A stretch of DNA of 64,000 nt from Cyanobacteriota bacterium (lineage in GTDB: Bacteria > Cyanobacteriota > Cyanobacteriia > Cyanobacteriales > Nostocaceae): assembly GCA_046045965.1 (NCBI GenBank), contig JBJOKS010000001.1:128001-192000 (forward strand), given 5' to 3'. The position numbers and the translations under genes are program-made. The notes under the pieces are model-generated. The model was not told the origin of the DNA. It saw only the letters and a list, made by a program, of their open reading frames with translations, and made no database searches. Below are positions 10,445 to 20,032 of this stretch, one piece after another; positions within the stretch are counted from its first letter, which is position 1, and each line of letters begins with the position of its first letter.

Positions 10445-10840
10445 GATTCGTCTCCGAGTCCAAATAATATTTTCTTCTCCCCACCATTTTCTTCCTAAAT
10501 TCTTTTTAAAGCTGTAATCAAGAATATATTTCGATAAATTGAACTTGTATTAATTAATGCAGTTTTTTAGCATATTTTCTAACTAGGAAAATACACTAAT
10601 TATTAATTATGTCAAAGGCAATACGGTTTAAATATTTATTTTTCTTGGCATAATTTAAAATCCCTAAATCATTATACATATCCTTTGATTTCTTGACAAA
10701 GAATTCGTTATAAAAAAAGGATCGATATAGTATTTCCTAATCAAATGATATGTATCATAGCCCCCTCCTGGCTTGCGGGTAGGGGGTTAGGATTCTATTT
10801 TGACATTTTTACAGTTAGTTCTGAAATCATTAATTAAATT

Positions 10841-13606
10841 CTATTCATGTTGAGTCCAAGCTTTAACGCCTTCAATTAAAATACCAGCAGGAGCAAATAT
10901 CACCTTTACTGTTTCAATACCGACTGCTGTTGCAACTCTACGTAAACGTATTTTTAGATTTGGATAATTTTTTATCGCTTGTTCAATCACTTGTTTATCT
11001 TTAAGTACAGGATGATTATCAACAGCTTGATTAACAATTAACTCAGCTTCGATTGGTGTTGGTTTATTTTGTTCTATTTGTTCAAGCAATTTTTGAATTA
11101 CTGTTTCTACTTCAGCAATATTTTGTGCTGATGGATAATTGTTTTGAGTGCCAATGCTATCGCCTTCAACATTTCCTGCAACACTGCTACCAGTAATAGG
11201 TGCATTAAAATTCATTTGTACTTTAGGATTTTCTGACATGATTTTAAGAGTTTGATTGAGTGTGTTTATAGAATCAGTTAATGAATCGGTGTTAATCTCC
11301 TCTTCCAAAGGGGGAGAAGTTGCAATTATATAATTATAATATTCGCAGCGCCCTTGAATTGCTGAAATGACTTCCAGAAAGTTGTCCAGAGAATCATTGA
11401 TTTCTGTTTTTAATAAACATAGAGACAAATAAGGCAGGAAATTACAAGTACCAATATCTCTTATAGCACTGAAGGCATTTATACTTGTCCAAGAGTCTTC
11501 ATCATCTAAACGTTCAATTATGGCATTAATTATATCATCACTATTTCCCTTATCTTTTAGCCAATAAACAGCATCACGGCGAATACTAGGATCTTCACTT
11601 GTTAATGCCTCTTTTAGATAATCAATACTCTTGGTTTCATGATTATATTTGTTACCACTATAAGCATAGCTAATTAATCTGGGTATTTGTCTAGGGATAG
11701 GAAAAATATTATCACCCCACACACTGTTATAAATTTCCCGATTAAGGTGAAAATTTTTTTGTGCCAAATACCTATCTAACTCAGAAATCTTCTGTTTATT
11801 CGTGATTTTTCCTAATACATAAAGTGATCTAGACTTGACGAAAACATCTTGATATTCCAAATTTTCGATTAAAGTAGGAATTGCAAGTTCACTATTAATT
11901 TTCTCGAAAGCATAAATTACTTGAATGCGAACCATTTGACTATCATCATTTGCCACTTGTAATAAGTAAGGAATAATTATATCAGTGCCAATAGCTTCTA
12001 AAGCATTAACCGATTTTCCTCTAATTGATTCTTCTTTATCATTTAAAGCCTTATCTAAAACAGGAATAGTTTCTTCAGTTCCTATTTTTTCTAGTGCTTC
12101 AGCTGCAAACCAACGAATCATTATATTTTCATCATCTAGAAAATTTGCAATAAGAGGAATTGCATCATTTGATCGTGTAATTCCTAGAAGTTTAAGTTTT
12201 AGTGAAGCGAGAATGTTTTGTTGATTGATTAAGCTAATAGTTGCTTTCTGAATATCTGGCTTAACTGCTCCTGCCAACTTCGCACCCAAGAATAAATCAA
12301 CATCTAAAGCTAAACTCACTATTTCGACCGCCTTTTTGTCTTTTACTTCAGGCAATGCTAACATCAAAGATAAAGGTTCTGTCCACTTCAAATAATTCAG
12401 ATAATAATATTTCAACTGCTCAGGACTAATTTGGTCAAGTCGTTGCAGCAGACTTTCTGCGGCATAATATTCCTGAAGTAATTGATGACAAAATTCAATT
12501 TCGTCATTTTGAGGATTGCGTTGAATTAAGTGGTGCTTTAGCAAATCTTTTAGACAAATCTTCGCTAAACTTGCTGGTAACTCGTCCTTGCCTTGTAGAA
12601 ATTCTCCAAAATTTTTTTCTGCTTCTTTTTCAGAAATGCTCAAACGAAAATCTATAGGTTTATCAGCTTGCATCATTTCAAAAGCCAGATGTTCCAATAA
12701 ACCAGACCACCAGCGACGGGACTTTTCGGTAACTGGGACATCATCTTTAGAATTACGTTCATATAACTGGGTAAACTTCCGCAATGCCTCTCCGCTACTT
12801 AAAGGTACATCTTGCGTTTTCTGAAATATGAAATACAGCATCCACATTATTAGCGGCGTTTGTCCCAATTCTCGCAAGCGATCGCGTAATTGTTGTAAAA
12901 TTTCCCTAGTCTGCCCTGGCATACAATCATCAATAAATCGCTGCACCTCACAATTTGACAGGGGTTGCATTTCCAATTTCTTTTCAATCCCCAAATCATA
13001 GCCACCATCTCTTGTGGTGAATATCATGGGTGTATCAGAGTTATCCCGACAGAAAAGTTTGATATTTGTCCGAGCATTATCGTCAGGTAATTCGTTAATA
13101 CCATCCATTAACAACAAAAATTGCCCCTCGAATAATAAGTCTTCTAATGTAGAAATATCCAAACGTAACTTGTGTCGTTTCAGAAAAGCTTGCACTAAAT
13201 CCAGGACTGAAGTTTTGTAATAATCTTTGTAATATCGCAACTCCACCAACACAGGAATCTGGCTTTGCTGATTTTGAAGTGCTTCTTTAGCTGATTCCAC
13301 CAACAACCGCGCTAAAGTCGTCGATTTACCTGCACCTGGACGACCTATCAACAACACAGATTCGTTGGCAGCATACTTACGCAATTCCTCCAAAACTGAG
13401 AGACGTTCTGGTTTTTCAGAAATTTCATTTTGTCGTTGTCTTGGCTCAATTATCTGCGCCATCAAGCCAAAATCAAACAGTGAGGATACATTTTCTCCAT
13501 CTGCTTTTTGCAAATCTACGGTATTTGTTAGTTTATCTACTAGGCTCCACCACTGTTGATACTTCCTGCAAATAGATTCTAGATATCTCTGAAAATCAAT
13601 GCTCAT
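10841..13606 (-). CDS. NACHT (STAND) NTPase with HEAT/PBS-lyase repeats
   Basis: Walker A GRPGAGKST, Walker B LLLMDGINE, FTTR sensor, EFCHQLLQEYYAA winged-helix motif, IRWFAAEALEKIG-type HEAT repeats. Confidence 0.9.
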   Translation of the reverse strand: MSIDFQRYLESICRKYQQWWSLVDKLTNTVDLQKADGENVSSLFDFGLMAQIIEPRQRQNEISEKPERLSVLEELRKYAANESVLLIGRPGAGKSTTLARLLVESAKEALQNQQSQIPVLVELRYYKDYYKTSVLDLVQAFLKRHKLRLDISTLEDLLFEGQFLLLMDGINELPDDNARTNIKLFCRDNSDTPMIFTTRDGGYDLGIEKKLEMQPLSNCEVQRFIDDCMPGQTREILQQLRDRLRELGQTPLIMWMLYFIFQKTQDVPLSSGEALRKFTQLYERNSKDDVPVTEKSRRWWSGLLEHLAFEMMQADKPIDFRLSISEKEAEKNFGEFLQGKDELPASLAKICLKDLLKHHLIQRNPQNDEIEFCHQLLQEYYAAESLLQRLDQISPEQLKYYYLNYLKWTEPLSLMLALPEVKDKKAVEIVSLALDVDLFLGAKLAGAVKPDIQKATISLINQQNILASLKLKLLGITRSNDAIPLIANFLDDENIMIRWFAAEALEKIGTEETIPVLDKALNDKEESIRGKSVNALEAIGTDIIIPYLLQVANDDSQMVRIQVIYAFEKINSELAIPTLIENLEYQDVFVKSRSLYVLGKITNKQKISELDRYLAQKNFHLNREIYNSVWGDNIFPIPRQIPRLISYAYSGNKYNHETKSIDYLKEALTSEDPSIRRDAVYWLKDKGNSDDIINAIIERLDDEDSWTSINAFSAIRDIGTCNFLPYLSLCLLKTEINDSLDNFLEVISAIQGRCEYYNYIIATSPPLEEEINTDSLTDSINTLNQTLKIMSENPKVQMNFNAPITGSSVAGNVEGDSIGTQNNYPSAQNIAEVETVIQKLLEQIEQNKPTPIEAELIVNQAVDNHPVLKDKQVIEQAIKNYPNLKIRLRRVATAVGIETVKVIFAPAGILIEGVKAWTQHE

Positions 13607-13677
13607 ACATCGACGATAGGAAGGTAGGCGCTGTTTTCTATGTTACTCGATAAAATAAGCTGTTCCGCATTTAAACT

Positions 13678-13758
13678 GTATAACTTAAATAAGTCTAACT
13701 CTTGTGGGGTGGGCATCCCTGCCCGCCCTAATATTTAAATTAGATGAGTTTTAGCTTA
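13678..13758. repeat. ~81-bp dispersed repeat with REP-like core, copy 1
   Basis: Near-identical to 24746-24827; core GTGG-GGTGGGCA-TCCC-TGCCCGCC. Confidence 0.85.
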
Positions 13759-13831
13759 ACTGTTGATTCACCCTCAAAAACAAAATCCACCCACACATAA
13801 AAGTGTAAGTGGACTTGTTAATCATTTAAAA

Positions 13832-14219
13832 TGGAGCTTATGGGAGTTGAACCCATGTCCAAATTGGGTATTAACCCACCGCTCGTTCACAGGTTTAGCC
13901 TTTCTGACCCTCAAGGCGGGAATCGTTCATTATCCCGAACGTAGGATGCTCTGATTTAATCTTAGTCAGCAAGCCAACCAGAGAACGCTTACTGAAGCAT
14001 CCGTTGGGGTTAGGTCTCTAGTCCTTAACGGAGTCAAACTGGAGACGCTCGAACCTAAAAGAGGTTTCTTAGGCAGCTACTAGAGCTTCCCGACGAGCAA
14101 ATTTTACGATATTGTTCGCATTTACTTTTTTTTCGAGTCTTTGATTTCCGAGAGGAGACTCGCTCTCGACCTGAATCACAGAGAAGCTTTCGCCAACCTG
14201 TCGAAACCGTTAAAGCCCC
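13832..14219 (-). ncRNA. ssrA: tmRNA, tag peptide (A)ANNIVKFARREALVAA
   Basis: 5' GGGGCTTTAACGGTTTCGAC; 3' T-arm and acceptor GGGTTCAACTCCCATAAGCTCCA; tag reading frame at 14119-14069. Confidence 0.97.
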
Positions 14220-14332
14220 ATGCGCTTTATATTTTTATTATAGTATGCCGTTTTGAAAATGTGTTGCCTAACAGAAAAAATTTTATTGTCATTGGTCATT
14301 AGTCATTAGTTGTTTCTTCCCCTGCTTTCTGT

Positions 14333-14377
14333 CCCCAGTCCCCAGTCCCCAGTCCCCAGTCCCCAGTCCCCAGTCCC
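14333..14377. repeat. STRR heptamer array (CCCCAGT)n
   Basis: About six tandem copies; the same unit occurs at ~8705-8726, ~48265-48313 and 49201-49244 (reverse). Confidence 0.9.
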
Positions 14378-16033
14378 CTAAGATAGCGATACCTTGTATT
14401 TATTGCCTTTTTGCTGGATCTGTAAGGAAGTGCAAGATTGCAAAAATTTGATAAAACTACCACTAATCTGTAAATCTTTCATTTGCTTGGTGATGGGTTT
14501 ACCATATTTTTGATTAAATTTAATACCTAAAATCCCGATATCAATATAGCTGTTCTTAACTTCCTGTGTTAATTCTGTCAGAATCATCTTTAGTGTTTGT
14601 TCTAAATCAGCAGCAGAATTAATATTAGATGATACAACAGATGCTTGAGTGTGAGAATCAGATTTACTTACTTCCCATTTATTATCTTTGAGTTGAATTT
14701 GGAAATAACTACAAGACTGCAAAAACTTGACAAATGTACCACCTATCTGTAATTCTTTCAGCTGCTCAGTGATGGGTTTACCATATTTTTGCTTAAATTT
14801 ACTGGCTAAAACAGTAATATCAAAATTGCTATGTTTGGATTCTTTGATTAATTCTTCCAGAATTTGCTTGAGGACTGCTTCTAAATCTAGCTGGGAAGTA
14901 ATAGTAGATAATGAATTAGATTTGATGCTGTTGACTGTTTCCGATTTGTCAATCTCTTTATGCTGAACTAGACTATGTTCAAAGAGTGTTATATATAATT
15001 CTCCCACATCATCAATTTGATGAATGACAAAATCCGCTGGATAGTTAATAAATATATCTTTCGCTCTTTTACCAGGTAAATATTTAGCAACGATATTGCT
15101 AATATTCAAGTGATATTTAATTTTATATAATTTAGAAAGTTGGGAAAGTTTAATCCAATAACTAGCTGTTTGCTTTTGTTCTTCTTTGATTAAATTTTTG
15201 ATTTGGAGAATGAATTGATCAAGAGATGGTACTTCTGGTAATGGTTTAATGCTATGGATGGTCGTTTCACCTGTAGAATTATTGAAGATATTGATATTTT
15301 CCCCATGCTGACTGACTTGATATACTGTTAAACCATGCTGTTGTAAATTGTTGCATAAATTAGTCATGACCTTATCTGAAGAGCATACAAAAACTTCTTT
15401 AGCATTGGGATAAAGTTCATGAATTGATGCACCAAAAGCAATCATTTTTCCATCTGCATTATCTCTACCTGCGGGGACATGAATCAAATCATAACCACGT
15501 TCATGTAATTCTACATCTAGCTTGCCTCGATTACTCCAATTAGCAAAGGCAATTTTCACTTGAATCGGACATTTACAAATAGTGGCTAAAAATTTTTCTG
15601 TGTTGTTGTTAAGTTGTAAGTTTTCCGCATCTAAAAGTAAAACCGCAATTCCTGCTGACATTAAAGGAGGAAGAAATGTGGAATTGAAGGAGCTATTTAA
15701 CTCAGATATAATAGGATTGTGTTGATGAATTTCAGCAATTAATTCTGCTAAAATTGGTAAATTTAAAGCTTCAGGAACTAGAAACGCCTTCAGGTATAAT
15801 TGCAGCTTTTTTACTAAGTCCTCCCTACTTTGAGTTTGACTGAGTAATGCTGTAAATTTAGCACTCAAAGCAGATTGATTAGATGTCTTTTGCCACTGAA
15901 CTTTTCTGTACTTTTCCATTAATAATTCTGGCTGCTGTTGTTGAATAGTCACGATGGCTTGGCAGACCTGAGAGACTATTTTGTTGAACAGGGCAGAATC
16001 AGAGGTAGTCAGCGATCGCTCATGATTTGACAT
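14378..16033 (-). CDS. NYN (PIN-like) domain protein with repeated OST-HTH/LOTUS-like domains
   Basis: LLLDAENL, NADGKM and CSSDK acidic NYN motifs; duplicated KFxQKYGKPIT...FxKFLQSC domains. Confidence 0.8.
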   Translation of the reverse strand: MSNHERSLTTSDSALFNKIVSQVCQAIVTIQQQQPELLMEKYRKVQWQKTSNQSALSAKFTALLSQTQSREDLVKKLQLYLKAFLVPEALNLPILAELIAEIHQHNPIISELNSSFNSTFLPPLMSAGIAVLLLDAENLQLNNNTEKFLATICKCPIQVKIAFANWSNRGKLDVELHERGYDLIHVPAGRDNADGKMIAFGASIHELYPNAKEVFVCSSDKVMTNLCNNLQQHGLTVYQVSQHGENINIFNNSTGETTIHSIKPLPEVPSLDQFILQIKNLIKEEQKQTASYWIKLSQLSKLYKIKYHLNISNIVAKYLPGKRAKDIFINYPADFVIHQIDDVGELYITLFEHSLVQHKEIDKSETVNSIKSNSLSTITSQLDLEAVLKQILEELIKESKHSNFDITVLASKFKQKYGKPITEQLKELQIGGTFVKFLQSCSYFQIQLKDNKWEVSKSDSHTQASVVSSNINSAADLEQTLKMILTELTQEVKNSYIDIGILGIKFNQKYGKPITKQMKDLQISGSFIKFLQSCTSLQIQQKGNKYKVSLS

Positions 16034-16157
16034 AACTTACACTGTACAGTAAGGCATCCTGGCTAAAAATACTGAAATCATTCTTCAATATCCTAATTTA
16101 TACCAATTTGGGATTTTAGAGGTGGGAACATCCATCTAGTAGTATAAAAGTGCTAAT

Positions 16158-16466
16158 CTAATGTTGGGGAAATTTCCGTACTTGATATTCACTAAACTCT
16201 GACATTTCATAGGAAAAGCCTAGAGATTGGTCAAATTTTTGCGCGATCGCCTCTAGTTCCGTTTCTGGGATAGCTTTCCACTGTTCCCGACTTTGCCAAT
16301 GCACCACAATCACCACTTCTGTGAGATCATGAGGACTAATCCAAACTTCTTTACCTAAAAACCCTGGATATTTAGCTAACACAGTAGTCCAGCTTTCCTC
16401 ATCCTTCTGGATAAATATTTCCCGCATTTGAGCAGGTATTTTAAACTTAAGTAACTCAATCACCAT
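16158..16466 (-). CDS. ABM-like dimeric barrel protein (TIGR03792-type)
   Basis: MVIELLKF...YPGFLGKEVW...HWQSREQWKAI. Confidence 0.75.
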   Translation of the reverse strand: MVIELLKFKIPAQMREIFIQKDEESWTTVLAKYPGFLGKEVWISPHDLTEVVIVVHWQSREQWKAIPETELEAIAQKFDQSLGFSYEMSEFSEYQVRKFPQH

Positions 16467-16544
16467 ATTTTCTGATTTTACCTATAAATAAATTTCTCAA
16501 AATCAAGGAAACAGATAACAGTAACAGTTTACACCCAAATTGAT

Positions 16545-17582
16545 TTGGTCATGACTCAAGGAACAACTACTGCAATTGAAGGTATCTATGAAGTTTGTAT
16601 TGGCGTTACAGAGCCAATTTTAGCAATTCAATATTGGCAACAATTTGGTTATCGCATTGGGGAAATAGGAGAATTAACCCCAGAGGTAGCGTATCAATTA
16701 TACGGGGTAAATTCTCCTTTAAAAGCAATTCGTCTTGATCACCAAGATGCAGATCATGGTTTAATCAGATTGATGATTTGGCAAAATCCCACAAATCAAG
16801 GTTTGGGTATCAGTTCCATGAAAGTTAAGGGTAATCGCTGGACTACGGCTTTAACTGCTGATTTATTAGGAATTTTAAACCATGCGGAAACTGCCAGAGC
16901 CGCTGGTGAGACGCTCAGGTATACTTACCCTTACTGGGAAGTCATTTATCAAAAAGAACGCAAAAGCCGTCCCTTTGTCGATCCTGCGGTAGGAGTCAGA
17001 GAAATGCTGCTGCTGCAACCTTTGACGCGACAGGTGTTATTTCAACGCTTTGGTTATATCATGCCCCATTATGGCAAAATCAATCACAATGCAGCTTTGA
17101 ACACCAGCCAGTTTACCCATCTGGGGTTAGTTGTTCAAGACGACAGCAAAGAAACCCTACGGTTTTATGAAGATGTTTTAGGTTTGTTGCGTGTACGGGA
17201 TGATGTGGAAACCAGCTATGAATCTTCTTTTGCAGGTCGAGATTTTTTTGACCTCCAACCAGGGGAAAAGTTTATAGTCACTGCTTTTGATGATCCTCGT
17301 TCTTCTCGCACTAATTTAATGGCAGCACGCAGTGGTAGACTTTATATTGTCCGCTTTCCAGAGCATATCCCCTTAGAATCACGTTTTACATTTGCTCAAC
17401 CGGGAAGTTTAGGAATGTGCCTTTACACCTACCGCGTTCAGGAAATAGAAACGTATTTTGACAGGATTCGGGAAAGTAATGTACAGAAATTTACTAATAT
17501 TGTAAATAATGAATTTGGGGAAATGAGTTTTTCTTTTGTTGCCCCAGATGGCTATTTCTGGACTTTGGTAGAAAAAAAGTAA
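16545..17582 (+). CDS. VOC/glyoxalase family protein
   Basis: FTHLGLVV..RFYEDVLGL and FSFVAPDGYFWTLVE motifs. Confidence 0.8.
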   Translation: MVMTQGTTTAIEGIYEVCIGVTEPILAIQYWQQFGYRIGEIGELTPEVAYQLYGVNSPLKAIRLDHQDADHGLIRLMIWQNPTNQGLGISSMKVKGNRWTTALTADLLGILNHAETARAAGETLRYTYPYWEVIYQKERKSRPFVDPAVGVREMLLLQPLTRQVLFQRFGYIMPHYGKINHNAALNTSQFTHLGLVVQDDSKETLRFYEDVLGLLRVRDDVETSYESSFAGRDFFDLQPGEKFIVTAFDDPRSSRTNLMAARSGRLYIVRFPEHIPLESRFTFAQPGSLGMCLYTYRVQEIETYFDRIRESNVQKFTNIVNNEFGEMSFSFVAPDGYFWTLVEKK

Positions 17583-17583
17583 T

Positions 17584-17637
<54 letters not shown>

Positions 17638-17813
17638 AAGGCAGAAGCTATCCATAATTCTGACTTTTGAGTGATTACTGAGCGAAGTCGTTCACGGAGC
17701 GTGGCCTTAGCCATAGAATTGACTTTGGACTTGATTTATCTCCCTATCTCCCCTGTTCCCTGTTCCCTGTTCCCTGTTCCCTAATATAAAAATCAGGAGA
17801 AAAAATACAATAT

Positions 17814-18629
17814 ATGGTAGCCCACATCCAAGAAATTGATGCCCAACAATGGGTAAAAACTCGTTCTTCTCTCGATGCTAATGAATCTACTTTTCTGGTT
17901 TGGACTGGTAAAATTTATAGCTTTGTCCCTGGGGAAAAGCGACAATTATTATTTAAAATCATTGGCATGAGCGTCAGTCGGTGTATTCTCACTGCTGAAG
18001 GTCGTTGGGATTTTACTTCTAGAGAACTGACTTATTACCTCAACCCAGAGACTGATGAAATTTTGCGAAAATGGGAAAATCCTTGGACTGGTGAAACTGT
18101 CTCAGTGATGCACGTTGCTAATAGTCCGGTACAAGGTAAATTTAAAGGTAAATTGCCTGTGGAAGTAGAAGGTGAAAATACTACCTTTGTCTTTGATCTG
18201 TTTCCCCATTATCCCAATCCTTTGGCAGAAGATCCGCAGTTTGCGCCATATTGTCCGTCTCCAATTTATCAAGCGGCTGAGTTGTTTAAAATTACTGTTC
18301 CTAGCGCCGATTTGCTAAATTCGGAACTGAATTCTGTGACGGAACTAAAATTAAGTTGGGATAGAATTGGTCAATGGTTGCCTTGGATGAAGATGGGAGA
18401 ACAGCCTGGACAACTTATCTATAGTGCTACTGGTAGTAAGGTGGGCGGTTTTACGGAGTTACCCCCTCTGCTACAAGCGGAAATTAATAACCGCCTTCCT
18501 TTGTATAAGCAAGCGCCAACTGCTTTTCTGGATGGTGAAGATATGACTTCTTGGTTGTATTTCCAAAAGCATTTTCCGGCTTATTTGGCTGGGGAAGTTT
18601 TTCCTTTACTAGCACCGGAGGAAGGTTAG
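17814..18629 (+). CDS. DUF1838-like protein
   Basis: RELTYYLNPET..WENPWTGE, and WxRIGQWLPWMKMG pattern. Confidence 0.7.
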   Translation: MVAHIQEIDAQQWVKTRSSLDANESTFLVWTGKIYSFVPGEKRQLLFKIIGMSVSRCILTAEGRWDFTSRELTYYLNPETDEILRKWENPWTGETVSVMHVANSPVQGKFKGKLPVEVEGENTTFVFDLFPHYPNPLAEDPQFAPYCPSPIYQAAELFKITVPSADLLNSELNSVTELKLSWDRIGQWLPWMKMGEQPGQLIYSATGSKVGGFTELPPLLQAEINNRLPLYKQAPTAFLDGEDMTSWLYFQKHFPAYLAGEVFPLLAPEEG

Positions 18630-18788
18630 CACCGCAGGGCGGAAGTCAAAAGTTAAAAGTCAAAAGTCAAAACTGATACAGCGTAAGCTTTTGAGAGATT
18701 TGAAATACGAGCAAAAGTCAAACAGTTTTTCAGGTTTTGAACGATTCTCAAATTCCCCTCCTGACTTCTGACTCCTGACTCCTAACCT

Positions 18789-19157
18789 TTAAAACTTCCG
18801 CATCCCATGACTAACGGGATCAAAACCCCTAGAAAAGCGCGTGCTGTCATCATAACAAGCACCCTTCAAATTCGCGCCATAGAGCTTCGTATTGTGAAGT
18901 CTAGCACCCCGAAGATTTGCTTCACAAAGATTAACACCGCACAAATTAGCCCTAGTCAAATTAGCATTTGCTAAATTGGATCTACTCAAATCAGCACCCC
19001 AAAGTTTAGCTTTAGCGAGATTAGCATCAGTTAAATCTGCTCCCCACAAATTGATTCCAGGTAAATAGGCATCAATCAACTTGATTCCAATTAACTGAGC
19101 AGATAGAAAATATCTCTCTCCAGCGGCGTAGCGTCGTTTAATATCCTCAGCATCCAT
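18789..19157 (-). CDS. Pentapeptide repeat protein
   Basis: RYAAGERYF leader followed by A(D/N)Lxx repeats; alternative GTG start at 19181. Confidence 0.9.
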   Translation of the reverse strand: MDAEDIKRRYAAGERYFLSAQLIGIKLIDAYLPGINLWGADLTDANLAKAKLWGADLSRSNLANANLTRANLCGVNLCEANLRGARLHNTKLYGANLKGACYDDSTRFSRGFDPVSHGMRKF

Positions 19158-20032
19158 TTGTATTTCACTGCCTTCGATCACAAAACAGCGATTTCTACTT
19201 CTACTTCTGATTTAACCACAAAAACAGCCAAACCGCTATCTACTTCCTGCCGCTGGTCCTGTATTTTCCCATCATTACCAGTACCATTAAAAACAAACAA
19301 CTTGATACCAGAAAAATAACGCTTATTTCTTTATACACGAAAAAGCGCCAGAGTCCTTTTCGCTTACTCAGGCGCTCTCCCGTATAACTTTATACCATTT
19401 CACTGTGTAATGTAACATTTTAAACCCTCTACACTGCTATTAGGGGAAGCATTGTTAGGATAACCTGTAACAAACATGAATGAAGTGGTATCACTCCTTG
19501 CATTTAATAAGAATATCTCTTTTATCACCAAATAGCTAGTGTGGAGAGTGACACTTTATAAACTGACACTAGTTAAAAACAATGCAACAGAGATAGTAAC
19601 TAAGAAGACAAGCCACCCTTAGAAATAAGCTACCCTTGCTGTTGATCTGAAACCCACATTCCCCACCCTCTGGAGTTTTGATACAGAAATATCCTATCCC
19701 TTCAAAACGATGGGATATTTTTTGATTTGGAAGTTGCCCATATAGCATAGCCAGCCTAAATCATCTAAACTTAGCAATAATACGGTTAATTTTGGGCAGC
19801 ATCACCGTATGAGTAACTAAATTACGGAGAGTGAATAATTCGTTATTTGTCACGAAGCCTAAAGAGACAGTAATTCTCGATAATAAGTCATTGGACATCT
19901 GGAGGTAAAGAATTCCAACCAAGGAACATCTCTAAAAGAATTCGAGAAGATGCACATTTAAATTTGGTCGATGTCTATTAAAAGTCAGTAGCCACAGGAT
20001 CTAAACTTTTACCCTGAATTTTACAAAAATTT

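Noticed and set aside
13763..13954. 63-aa ORF on the plus strand
   Set aside because: It is antisense to the tmRNA 3' half.
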